From NCBI GenBank assembly GCA_037442085.1, contig JBBIQY010000002.1:6583-70582 (forward strand): a stretch of 64,000 nucleotides of DNA, read 5' to 3'. This DNA is from Anaerolineae bacterium. Lineage in GTDB: Bacteria; Chloroflexota; Anaerolineae; Anaerolineales; UBA6663. Position 1 is the first letter of the stretch, and the number at the start of each line of letters is the position of its first letter. The notes under the pieces were generated by a model, which saw only the letters and a list, made by a program, of their open reading frames with translations, was not told the origin of the DNA and did not search any database. This document shows, one piece after another, positions 10,494 through 18,843 of this stretch. The position numbers and the translations under genes are program-made.

Positions 10494-11702
10494 ATGACAA
10501 CTTGGCGACTCATTACAGACGACAATGTCACCGCCTCCTTCGGCCTCGCCGCCGACGAGTGCCTGGCCAGGCGCGTGGGCGCGGGCCAGAGCCAGCCGAC
10601 TCTGCGGCTGTACACGTATCGCTCGCACTGCGCGCTCGTCGGACGCTTCCAGAATCTCGACAACGAAATTCAACGCGACTACTGCGAGGCGCACGGCGTC
10701 GCCCTCAACCGCCGGCCCACCGGCGGCGGCGCGATCCTCATGGGCCAGGACCAACTCGGCGTGGCGCTGACCCTCCCCGCGAGCGGCGACGACGCCTACA
10801 GCCGCGCCCGTGAACTCATGGGGCAATTCTCAGCCGGCATCGTCCACGCCCTCGAGGCGCTCGGCATAAGGGCCAACTTTCGGCGCAAGAACGATATCGA
10901 AGTCGGCGGCAAAAAGATCGTGGGGTTGGGAATCTACCGGGCGCACGGCCTCCCGCGACCCGATTCAGCGCCCTCAGAACCGTCGGCGACTCAGCGATCC
11001 GGCCTGCTCTTCCATGCTTCCCTGCTCGTCGGCCTCGACATCCCGCTGATGCTGCGCGTGCTCAAAACGCCGTTCGAGAAAATTTCGGACAAAGCGATCG
11101 CCACCGTCGCCGAGCGCGTTACGACGGTGCGCCGTGAAATCGGACGCGAGATTGAACTAAACGAAGTCCGCGCGCGAGTCGTCGAGGGTTATGCGGCCGC
11201 TTTCGGAGCCTCGCTCACTCCCGGCACATTCACCGGCGATGAGAGTCTCGCCATCTCCGATCTCCAATCTCAGAAGTACGACTCCCACGAGTGGGTGCAC
11301 CAAATCACTGCCGTCCCCGACGCGCTCGGCTCGGCCACCGTCAAAACGCCCGGCGGCCTGCTCGACGTCCGCGTGACCTTGGCGGGCAACACCATTAAAG
11401 CGGTATTCGTCGGCGGAGACTTCTTTGCCGCCGAGGGCGCGATCGCCGACCTCGAGGCCAGTCTGCGCTGGCACGCCGCCGAGCCGCGCGCCGTGGCCGC
11501 GACCCTCGCTCAGGCATACGCGAAACGCGCCAGCGATCTCGCCATGCTGCCGCTCGACTCGCTCACCCAGGCGATTCAACAAGCGGTTCGCCGCGCCCAA
11601 GTAGCCGAGTCTGCCGCGCGCGCCGACCCGTACGGGTGCTTTGTGAATCCCGATCCCCAACCGCAAACCTCGAAGGAGTTACACCCGAGGGTCGCGCTTT
11701 GA
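10494..11702 (+). CDS. Lipoate-protein ligase, two-domain sLpl(AB)-like
   Basis: BPL/LplA/LipB core motifs NRRPTGGGAILMGQDQL and GGKKIVGLG, plus an LplA C-terminal-like domain. Adjacent to the LbpA and LipS genes. Confidence 0.8.
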   Translation: MTTWRLITDDNVTASFGLAADECLARRVGAGQSQPTLRLYTYRSHCALVGRFQNLDNEIQRDYCEAHGVALNRRPTGGGAILMGQDQLGVALTLPASGDDAYSRARELMGQFSAGIVHALEALGIRANFRRKNDIEVGGKKIVGLGIYRAHGLPRPDSAPSEPSATQRSGLLFHASLLVGLDIPLMLRVLKTPFEKISDKAIATVAERVTTVRREIGREIELNEVRARVVEGYAAAFGASLTPGTFTGDESLAISDLQSQKYDSHEWVHQITAVPDALGSATVKTPGGLLDVRVTLAGNTIKAVFVGGDFFAAEGAIADLEASLRWHAAEPRAVAATLAQAYAKRASDLAMLPLDSLTQAIQQAVRRAQVAESAARADPYGCFVNPDPQPQTSKELHPRVAL

Positions 11703-11718
11703 AGTTTGGAGTTCGAGC
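11655..11718 (+). repeat. Degenerate family A hairpin, copy 8 (clear right arm only)
   Basis: The right arm tttgaagtttggagttcgag (11697-11718) is clear. The left partner ccccaaccgcaaacctcgaa is weak. Confidence 0.4.
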
Positions 11719-11728
11719 TTGCTCTGAT

Positions 11729-12622
11729 ATGCCTGAAATCACGTTTCACGCGCCCGGCCTCAAACGCTTCAAGACGACCGAGTACGCCGAACAGGAGGCG
11801 ACCCGTTTCGTGTCCATCAGCGTGACGGGGACTGAGTGCGCCCTGGCGTGTGAGCATTGCAAGACACATGTTCTCGAGGGCATGACGGCCCTGCCCCGTT
11901 TCGATGGCACGCTGTTCGATTTATGCTGCGAGCTGGCGGAACGCGGCGCGCGCGGGGTGCTGGTCTCCGGCGGCTGCGACAGGCGCGGGCGTGTCCCGCT
12001 CCTCCGCCACCTCCCGGATTTGATCCGCGTCCGCCGCGAACTTGGCTTCCTCATCCGCGTCCACCCCGGCCTGCCCGACGAGGAAACCGTCGCGGGCCTG
12101 GCCGAGGTTGGGATTGACGGCGCGATGGTGGACATCATCGGCGACGACGCGACCATCCGTGAGGTTTATCATCTCGACGCGACCATCGCCGAATATGAGG
12201 CTGTGCTGGAGCGGCTGGAACGCTACCAGGTGCCTGCCGTGCCACACATCATTCTGGGGTTACACTTCGGGCAGATGCGCGGCGAGTGGACGGCGCTCGA
12301 CATGATCACGCGCCACGCCCGGAAATTCCTTGTGCTTGTGATCCTCATGCCGCTCACCGGGACGCCCATGGTCGGCGTGACGCCGCCGCCCGTCTCGGAG
12401 ATTGCCCGGTTCTTCGCCCTTGCGCGCCGTGCCTTGCCCGCTACGCCGGTCATGCTCGGCTGTGCGCGCCCGCTCGGCAAAATCAAAATCGAGATTGATC
12501 GCGCCGCCGTGGACGCCGGGCTGAACGGCATTGCGTATCCGGCGGAAGGCATTATCGCCTACGCCCGCACGCGCGGCCTGACGCCAAAATTTGTGGATGC
12601 GTGTTGTGGAGTGCAGTGGTAG
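11729..12622 (+). CDS. Radical SAM protein, LipS1/LipS2-type lipoyl synthase candidate (which of the two is not resolved)
   Basis: CALACEHC is a CxxxCxxC motif. ~297 aa. Sits between the ligase and the second radical SAM gene. Confidence 0.7.
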   Translation: MPEITFHAPGLKRFKTTEYAEQEATRFVSISVTGTECALACEHCKTHVLEGMTALPRFDGTLFDLCCELAERGARGVLVSGGCDRRGRVPLLRHLPDLIRVRRELGFLIRVHPGLPDEETVAGLAEVGIDGAMVDIIGDDATIREVYHLDATIAEYEAVLERLERYQVPAVPHIILGLHFGQMRGEWTALDMITRHARKFLVLVILMPLTGTPMVGVTPPPVSEIARFFALARRALPATPVMLGCARPLGKIKIEIDRAAVDAGLNGIAYPAEGIIAYARTRGLTPKFVDACCGVQW

Positions 12623-12683
12623 CGAACAGTAGAGAGCGAGTGGCGGGTAGCCGATAGCCATCCGTCATCAGCCGAAGGAGTCT

Positions 12684-13766
12684 ATGGCGAAAGTCACGCT
12701 TTCCTCCAAAGAACAGGCCGAGCAGTTGCAGATCAGCCCGGAGTATGTTCGCATTTCGATGGCCGCCGCGATCGAGCTGGGCCTCAAGCCGGGGCGTATG
12801 TTCCGCGATGTTCACTGTGGCTGCATCAATCTGCTGCAAAACTATCCCGAAGGATGCTACGCCAACTGCTCGTATTGCGGGCTGGCCCGCGAACGGCCCG
12901 GCGCGCCGGAAGACAACACCTTCATCCGCGTGGCGTGGCCTCTTTTCCCGACCGACCTCGTCGCGGAAAAGATCGCCGAGCGCGAGGCGTGCATCGGGCG
13001 GGTGTGCATCGCTCAGGTGCAGGACCATCGCGCCTACGAGGATTTGATTGACATGATCGGGCGCGTGCGCCGATTGAGCGCCGTGCCCATCTCGGCGCTG
13101 GTCTCGGCGACCACGCTGAACGAAGAGCGGTTGAGCTGCCTCAAGGACGCGGGCGCAGACATTATTGGCGTCGGGCTGGACGCGGCCTCCGAAGCCGTGT
13201 TCTACAACACCCGCGGGCGGGGCGTCAGAGGGCCGCACGACTGGGTTCATCACTGGCAGATTGTCCGAGCCGCACGCCGCTTGTTCGGGCCGCTGAAAGT
13301 CAATTGCCACATCATCGTCGGCCTCGGCGAGACCGACCGCGACCTGGTCAATCTCTTCTACCAGCTCAAGTCGGAACAGATTGCCGGCTACCTGTTCTCG
13401 TTCAACCCGGAACCCGGCACGGCCATGCAGGCCACGCCGCGCGCGCCCATTCACCGCTGGCGACGGATTCAACTCACGAAACATCTCATCGAGCATCACG
13501 ACCTGTCGCCCGAGGCGATTGAATTCGACGCCGAAGGGAACATCGTCCGTCTCAACGCGCCCCAGCTGATGGTGGAGGTCGCCGTGAACACCGGTCTGCC
13601 GTTTATGACCAACGGCTGCCCCGACCGCAACGGCGTGATGGCCTGCAACCGCCCCTACGGCTCATACCGCCCCGGCGAAGAATTCCGCGACTATCCATTT
13701 TTGCCAAACGCCGATGATTTGATCGTCATCCGCCAGCAGATGCGATTGGAAGAAATCTGGCAGTGA
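12684..13766 (+). CDS. Radical SAM protein, BioB/LipS-type, second lipoyl synthase candidate
   Basis: CYANCSYCGL is a CxxxCxxC motif. C-terminal Cys-rich NGCPDRNGVMACNRP. GAAGGAG precedes the ATG. Confidence 0.7.
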   Translation: MAKVTLSSKEQAEQLQISPEYVRISMAAAIELGLKPGRMFRDVHCGCINLLQNYPEGCYANCSYCGLARERPGAPEDNTFIRVAWPLFPTDLVAEKIAEREACIGRVCIAQVQDHRAYEDLIDMIGRVRRLSAVPISALVSATTLNEERLSCLKDAGADIIGVGLDAASEAVFYNTRGRGVRGPHDWVHHWQIVRAARRLFGPLKVNCHIIVGLGETDRDLVNLFYQLKSEQIAGYLFSFNPEPGTAMQATPRAPIHRWRRIQLTKHLIEHHDLSPEAIEFDAEGNIVRLNAPQLMVEVAVNTGLPFMTNGCPDRNGVMACNRPYGSYRPGEEFRDYPFLPNADDLIVIRQQMRLEEIWQ

Positions 13767-13815
13767 TGTATTGCGAATTCCATGCGGCGAATGCCGCGCA
13801 GACGGAACACGCGCG

Positions 13816-14826
13816 ATGCCCTCCCCGATTCGTCTCCTGAGCCTCGGCGCTATCCACTGGCTCCGCACCCAGTCGGTCTATCACGCCCTGGCCGAGACGA
13901 TGACGGCGGGGTCGCCCGACACGATTGTGCTGACGCGGCCGGCGCAGCCCTATCTGTGCCTCGGCTACCATCAGGAATTGGAGGCGGTGCTCGATCGCGC
14001 GGCGTGCGCGGCGCTGGGCCTGCCCATCGTGCGGCGCAGGGTAGGCGGCGGCGCGACGTATCTTGACTCGGATCAACTTTTTTATCAGTGCCTGTTTCAT
14101 CACACGCGCGTCCCGGCGACCGTTAGCGGCGTATATGCGCAACTGCTGGCCGCGCCGGTGGCGACGCTGCGGGCGCTGGGCCTGAGCGTCGAGTTGCGGG
14201 GCGAGAACGAGATCGAGGTGGGGGGCGATCGCGATGGTCATCGCGCCGGGAAACGAATTGCCGGGATCGGCGGCGGCAGGATTGGGGAGGCAGCGGTGGT
14301 CGTCGGCAATATCCTGTTCGATTTTGACTATGAAGCGATGGCGCGCGCCTGGCGCGTCCCCTCGGAGTCGTTCCGCCGGTTGGCCGCCGAGGCCCTGCGC
14401 GAGTGCGTCACGACTCTGAGGCGCGAATTGCCGCGCCCCGTCCCGCCCGATGACGTTCAGGCCGTCCTGATTTACGAATTCGCCCGCGCCCTCGGCCGTC
14501 CGGTGAAGCCCGGCGAGCTGACGCCGCAGGAGGCGCGCAAAATTGGCGAGCTCGACCGGCGCCTCGTCTCCACAAAATGGCTGAACCTGCAGGCCAACGG
14601 CGCGAAGCCGATGACGGCGCTCAAAATCTCGCGCGGCGTCTTCATCCACGCCGCCGAAGCGAAGATCGCAAACTACAAAGTGCGCGCGGCCTTTCGCGTT
14701 CGCGACGACGTGATCGAGCGGACGATGCTGGAAAGCGAACCGGAGCGCGACTGGCGAGAGGCAGCAGAAAACTTGAGGGGGACGAAAGTGAGAGAATGGG
14801 TGCGGGGGGTGGAGGCGCAAATATGA
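13816..14826 (+). CDS. LplA/LipB-superfamily paralog 2 (two-domain, motifs intact)
   Basis: VRRRVGGGATYLDSDQLFY and GKRIAGIGGG, plus a C-terminal domain resembling the LplA C-domain. Confidence 0.7.
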   Translation: MPSPIRLLSLGAIHWLRTQSVYHALAETMTAGSPDTIVLTRPAQPYLCLGYHQELEAVLDRAACAALGLPIVRRRVGGGATYLDSDQLFYQCLFHHTRVPATVSGVYAQLLAAPVATLRALGLSVELRGENEIEVGGDRDGHRAGKRIAGIGGGRIGEAAVVVGNILFDFDYEAMARAWRVPSESFRRLAAEALRECVTTLRRELPRPVPPDDVQAVLIYEFARALGRPVKPGELTPQEARKIGELDRRLVSTKWLNLQANGAKPMTALKISRGVFIHAAEAKIANYKVRAAFRVRDDVIERTMLESEPERDWREAAENLRGTKVREWVRGVEAQI

Positions 14827-15572
14827 TCGCCCCCGGCGCCCTGCGCCTGCTCAACCTCGGCCCCACCGCGTGGGCGCGGACGCAATCCGTGTACCGCGCC
14901 ACCGCCGAATTGTTTCCAGCCGACGGCCGGGGCGCAGTAATCTTCGCTCAATCGCTGCACCCCTATCTCACGCACGGCGTCCAGCAGTCTGCCTCGGAGA
15001 CGTTCGACCTGGCGGCGTGTGAGCGCCTGGGCCTGCCGGTGGTGCGCCGACCGTTCCCCGGCAGCGCCGAATACTGTGACGTGAACCAATTGCTGTTTCA
15101 GTGGATTCTGCCGCCCCCCGTCGGGGCGAGGCACGCGACGTTCCTGCGGGTGGCCACGGCAGTGCTGGCCGCGTTGCAGGCGTTCGGCCTCGCCGCCGAT
15201 TACGACGGGGCGGGACGGTTTGCGGTGAAAGGCGCGCGTCTGGGAACGCTTGCAGGTGGGCGATATGGGGCGGCGCTGGTGTGCCTTGGGGCGGTGTATC
15301 TGGGATATGACCCGCAGCGCCTGGCCCAGCTCGAGCGCGCGCCGCGCCTCGAGAGAACCACATCGTTGTGGGCCGAGGCCCCGCGCCCGCTCTCGCCCGA
15401 GATGGTGCAGGCGGCCCTCCTCGAGCACTTCGCGCGCACGCTGGGTCGGCCCATCGTGCGCGATACGCCGCGCGTGCCGGAGACGCAGGCGGCGAAACGC
15501 CTCGAAGCCGAGCTGCTTGGCGTAGAATTGGGAGACCTGCCGCCGGCAGAGGCCGGGCTGGACGGTGATTGA
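14823..15572 (+). CDS. LplA/LipB-superfamily paralog 3, N-domain only, glycine motif degenerate
   Basis: Aligns to paralog 2 (LRLLNLGP.., LGLPVVRRP..), but GGG is replaced by PGS in VRRPFPGSAEYCDVNQL. ATGA overlap with paralog 2. Confidence 0.6.
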   Translation: MIAPGALRLLNLGPTAWARTQSVYRATAELFPADGRGAVIFAQSLHPYLTHGVQQSASETFDLAACERLGLPVVRRPFPGSAEYCDVNQLLFQWILPPPVGARHATFLRVATAVLAALQAFGLAADYDGAGRFAVKGARLGTLAGGRYGAALVCLGAVYLGYDPQRLAQLERAPRLERTTSLWAEAPRPLSPEMVQAALLEHFARTLGRPIVRDTPRVPETQAAKRLEAELLGVELGDLPPAEAGLDGD

Positions 15573-15593
15573 AAACAACGGCCACAAAAAAGA

Positions 15594-15611
15594 GGTGCGC
15601 GAAAGCGCACC
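15594..15611 (-). terminator. GC stem with GAAA tetraloop; the T-tract is on the minus strand only
   Basis: ggtgcgc-gaaa-gcgcacc is preceded on the plus strand by aaaaaaga, so the minus strand reads stem + TCTTTTTT. Confidence 0.45.
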
Positions 15612-15685
15612 GCTTCCAAGTCGGCTGACGGCGACCTCCCGAGCGATTGCCGCATGATTAGATCGGCGACAGAAAGCGAAACCAC

Positions 15686-16777
15686 ATGCCCTCCCAAGAC
15701 GAAATCCTGAAAGCCCTCTCGCGGGTGCAAGAACCCGAGCTCCATCGTGACCTCGTCTCGCTCAACATGATCCGCGATCTGAAAATCACCGACGGGTCGG
15801 TGCAGTTCACGGTCATGCTCACTACGCCCGCCTGCCCGCTGCGAGGCCGCATCGAGCGTGAGTGCCGCGAGGCGGTGCTGGCCGTCCCCGGCGTGAAGGA
15901 AGTCGCGATCAGGTTCGACGCGAACGTGGTGCGCGACGCCCGAATCGGGAGGGGCGGCCCCGAAGGCCGGCCTCTGCCGTTTCGCAACACCATCGCCGTC
16001 GCCTCCGGCAAAGGCGGCGTGGGTAAGACCACGGTCGCAGTCAACCTCGCCATCGCCCTCGACCGCCTCGGCGCGCGCGTCGGCCTGCTCGATGCGGACA
16101 TCTACGGCCCCAACGCGCCGATAATGTTGGGAGCGCAAGGCAGCCCGCGCGTCGCCAACAACCGTCTCCTGCCGCTCAACGCCTACGGCTTGAAAGTCAT
16201 GAGCATGGGCTTTCTGGTCAAGCCGGAGCAGGCCGTGGTGTGGCGCGGGCCGATGTTGCACTCCGCGCTCAGCCAGTTCCTCGGCGACGTGGAATGGGGC
16301 GACCTTGACTATCTGGTGATTGACCTCCCGCCGGGCACGGGCGACGTGCCACTCTCGCTTGCCCAGCTCCTGCCGCTCACCGGGGCCGTCATCGTCACCA
16401 CCCCCCAGGACGTGGCGCTGGCCGACGTGCGCAAAGGGATGACGGCGTTCAACCAGCTCAACGTCCCGCTCCTCGGCGTGATCGAGAACATGAGTTATTT
16501 CGTCTGCCCGCACTGCGGCGAGCGCACCGACATCTTCTCGCATGGCGGCGGGCGGCATGCAGCGGAGGAACTCGGCCTGCCGTTCCTCGGCGAGGTGGCC
16601 CTTGACCCGGCCATCCGCTCCGGCGGCGATGACGGCCAGCCCATCGTTGCCGTCGCCCCCCACTCGCCGCAGGCCCAATCCATCACCGCCATCGCAGGCG
16701 CGCTCGCAGCCAGGATCAGCGTGCTCAACCTGCAGCGCGAACAGGAAGGGCTGATTCAAATCACGGAGATTGGGTGA
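15686..16777 (+). CDS. apbC: Mrp/ApbC/NBP35-family Fe-S cluster carrier ATPase with N-terminal DUF59-like domain
   Basis: Deviant Walker A VASGKGGVGKTT, CPHCG cluster-ligand motif, N-terminal VQEPELHRDLVSLNMI. Confidence 0.9.
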   Translation: MPSQDEILKALSRVQEPELHRDLVSLNMIRDLKITDGSVQFTVMLTTPACPLRGRIERECREAVLAVPGVKEVAIRFDANVVRDARIGRGGPEGRPLPFRNTIAVASGKGGVGKTTVAVNLAIALDRLGARVGLLDADIYGPNAPIMLGAQGSPRVANNRLLPLNAYGLKVMSMGFLVKPEQAVVWRGPMLHSALSQFLGDVEWGDLDYLVIDLPPGTGDVPLSLAQLLPLTGAVIVTTPQDVALADVRKGMTAFNQLNVPLLGVIENMSYFVCPHCGERTDIFSHGGGRHAAEELGLPFLGEVALDPAIRSGGDDGQPIVAVAPHSPQAQSITAIAGALAARISVLNLQREQEGLIQITEIG

Positions 16778-16804
16778 AGGAGAGTGGAGCTTGAGGAGCG
16801 CCCC

Positions 16805-18352
16805 ATGAACTACGGTTTCGTCATTGACAACCGCAAGTGCATCGGCTGTCATGCCTGCTCGACCGCCTGCAAATCCGAGAATGAAGTGCCGCTCGGCGTC
16901 AATCGCACGTGGGTGAAGTACACGGAGAAAGGCGTCTTCCCTAACACGCGCCGCTACTTCCAGGTGACGCGCTGCAATCATTGCGCCAACCCGCCGTGCG
17001 TGCACATCTGCCCGGTCACGGCCATGTACCAGCGCACGGACGGCATCGTCGAGTTCGACCCAGCGCGCTGCATCGGCTGCAAAGCCTGCATGCAGGCCTG
17101 CCCCTACGACGCCATCTACATTGACCCCGACTCGCACACGGCGGCGAAATGCCACTACTGCGCGCATCGAACCGACGTCGGCCTCGAGCCGGCCTGCGTG
17201 ATTGTGTGCCCGGAACATGCGATCATCGCCGGCGACATGGACGATCCCCAATCCGAAATTGCTCGCGTGCTGGCGACGCAACAGGTGCGCACGCGCAAGC
17301 CGGAGCAGGGCACACGCCCCAAACTCTTCTACATTGACGCCGAGGAATCCTCCATCGTCCCGACGCTCGCGACGCAGGAGGGCGGGATGTTGTGGGCCGC
17401 ATGGCCCGATCACAGCGCCGGCCACTGGCGCGGGCCGATCCACTTCAGCGAGGGCAACATGGCAAGCGCGCTCGTCAACGCCGCCGCCGCGCCGCGCGAG
17501 ACATACAACGTCCCGCACAAGATCCCGTGGCACTGGCAGGTGCCGGCGTATCTCGTCGCCAAATCCATCGGCGCCGGGGCGTTCATCGTCGCCGGCCTCG
17601 GCCTCGCGCTCGGTTTGCTTCCGGCCACGCTATTCTTCACCACCATCGCAACGTTTCTCTCGCTTCTTTTCATCGGCCTCAATACCGGCCTCCTGGTCTG
17701 GGACCTGGATCGCCCCGACCGCTTCTGGACGATCCTGATCCGCCCGCAATGGAAGTCGTGGCTGGCGCGCGGGGCATTCATCCTCGTCGGCTTCTCCGGC
17801 GTCGGCGGCCTGTTCTTCCTCGGTCAATTGCTCAATCTCCAATTCTCGAATCTGCTGTTGTGGCCCGGCGTCGTCCTCGCCGTCCTCTCGGCGACGTACA
17901 CGGCGTTTCTCTTCACACAGGCCGAGGGTCGCGACCTGTGGCAGAGCACGCTCCTGCCGTGGCACATGTTCGTGCAGGCGATGATGGCCGGAGCGGCAGC
18001 GTTGTTGATCGCCGGCCTGTTCTTCGATCTGGCGCCCGAAGCGACGCGTGTTCTGGCGTGGACGTTCGGCCTGAGCCTGCTCGTCAACCTTGCCCTCACG
18101 CTGGGGGGCGAGTTCGCCGTGCCACACGCGAGCGCCGTGGCGGCCGCCGCTGCGCATCTGATCACGCGCGGGCGTTACCGGAATCACTACCGGGGCAGCC
18201 TCGTCTTCGGATTGGGTCTGCCGCTGGCTCTCGTCGCCCTGGCGAGCGACTCGCCTGCCGCCTTAGCCATTGCCGGCGCCCTGTCGCTTGTTGGGCTGTT
18301 CGCTTACGAATGGGCGTTCGTGATGGCGCCGCAGGAAGTGCCGAACAATTGA
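16805..18352 (+). CDS. Fusion of a 4x[4Fe-4S] PsrB/DmsB/NrfC-like subunit with a NrfD/PsrC-like integral membrane subunit
   Basis: CIGCHACSTAC, CNHCANPPCVHICP, CIGCKACMQACP and CHYC...CVIVCP, followed by ~300 aa with about 8 hydrophobic helices. No signal peptide. GAGGAG lies 6 nt before ATG 16805. Confidence 0.8.
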   Translation: MNYGFVIDNRKCIGCHACSTACKSENEVPLGVNRTWVKYTEKGVFPNTRRYFQVTRCNHCANPPCVHICPVTAMYQRTDGIVEFDPARCIGCKACMQACPYDAIYIDPDSHTAAKCHYCAHRTDVGLEPACVIVCPEHAIIAGDMDDPQSEIARVLATQQVRTRKPEQGTRPKLFYIDAEESSIVPTLATQEGGMLWAAWPDHSAGHWRGPIHFSEGNMASALVNAAAAPRETYNVPHKIPWHWQVPAYLVAKSIGAGAFIVAGLGLALGLLPATLFFTTIATFLSLLFIGLNTGLLVWDLDRPDRFWTILIRPQWKSWLARGAFILVGFSGVGGLFFLGQLLNLQFSNLLLWPGVVLAVLSATYTAFLFTQAEGRDLWQSTLLPWHMFVQAMMAGAAALLIAGLFFDLAPEATRVLAWTFGLSLLVNLALTLGGEFAVPHASAVAAAAAHLITRGRYRNHYRGSLVFGLGLPLALVALASDSPAALAIAGALSLVGLFAYEWAFVMAPQEVPNN

Positions 18353-18402
18353 ATCGCTCAAACGCTGACGACGCTGATGACGCTGAAAACCAGTGCTTCA
18401 GT

Positions 18403-18780
18403 GTGCTCGGGTATCCGCACTCGGAACTCTCGGCCCGGATCATCGCCGTCGCGCAGGAAGTGCATCGCACGCTCGGCCCCGGTTTCAAGGAGGTCTTCTA
18501 CCAGCGGGCGAGGTCGAAGGAATTGCAGGCCGATGGATAGGGACACGCCCGCGAAGTCTGGATTGACGTCTACTACAAAGGCGAAAAGTTGGGCCGCAAG
18601 GGCGTGGATTTTGTGGTTGATGTCTGCCTGGTCGAAACGAAAGCCAAAGCCGCATTGGAAGACGCAGATTACATCCAGACACTCTCCTATCTCAAAGCTT
18701 CGGGCTTCGAGGTGGGGCTGCTCATCAACTTCGGCGGCCCCAAACTGGAAGTCAGGCGCTTGATTAACCAGAAACGCTGA
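18403..18780 (+). pseudogene. GxxExxY-family (PD-(D/E)XK-like) small protein gene interrupted by an in-frame TAG
   Basis: HRTLGPGFKEVFY (GxxExxY) ...LQADG-TAG(18538-18540)-GHAREVWIDVYYKGEKLG...VETKA...LLINFG all lie in one frame. No ATG; GTG at 18403. Confidence 0.65.
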
Positions 18781-18830
18781 TTGCCTCTCCACTCTCAGCG
18801 TCCTCAGCATAATCAGCGCCTCAACGATAT
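18773..18830 (+). repeat. Family B element (AACGCTGATT-loop-TCAGCGTCCTCAGC-ataaTCAGCG)
   Basis: aacgctgattgcctctccactctcagcgtcctcagcataatcagcgcc shares both ends with 7271-7310. Confidence 0.6.
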
Positions 18831-18843
18831 CAAAGGACCCGGC

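Noticed and set aside
12623-12683. Odd low-complexity spacer (gtagcgaacagtagagagcgagtggcgggtagccgatagcc...) between the two radical-SAM genes, and the atgaccgatgaccgatgactga tandem at 51237-51258
   Set aside because: No convincing inverted repeat, periodic array or similarity to the heptamer families was found. They are probably just spacer or C-terminal low-complexity sequence.
15200-17533. 777-aa minus-strand ORF spanning three plus-strand genes
   Set aside because: It runs antisense across the LplA paralog 3, ApbC and FeS-NrfD genes and their spacers. It has no motifs and a composition-driven open frame.
17392-18540. 382-aa plus-strand ORF overlapping the NrfD-like domain
   Set aside because: It is an alternative frame of the FeS-NrfD gene with an Arg/Pro-rich translation. 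Only its last ~45 codons (from GTG 18403) are meaningful, as the N-terminal half of the GxxExxY pseudogene.
18538-18540. TAG as a pyrrolysine codon
   Set aside because: No pyl genes or PYLIS-like context are visible in the window. A simple nonsense mutation or readthrough is more parsimonious.
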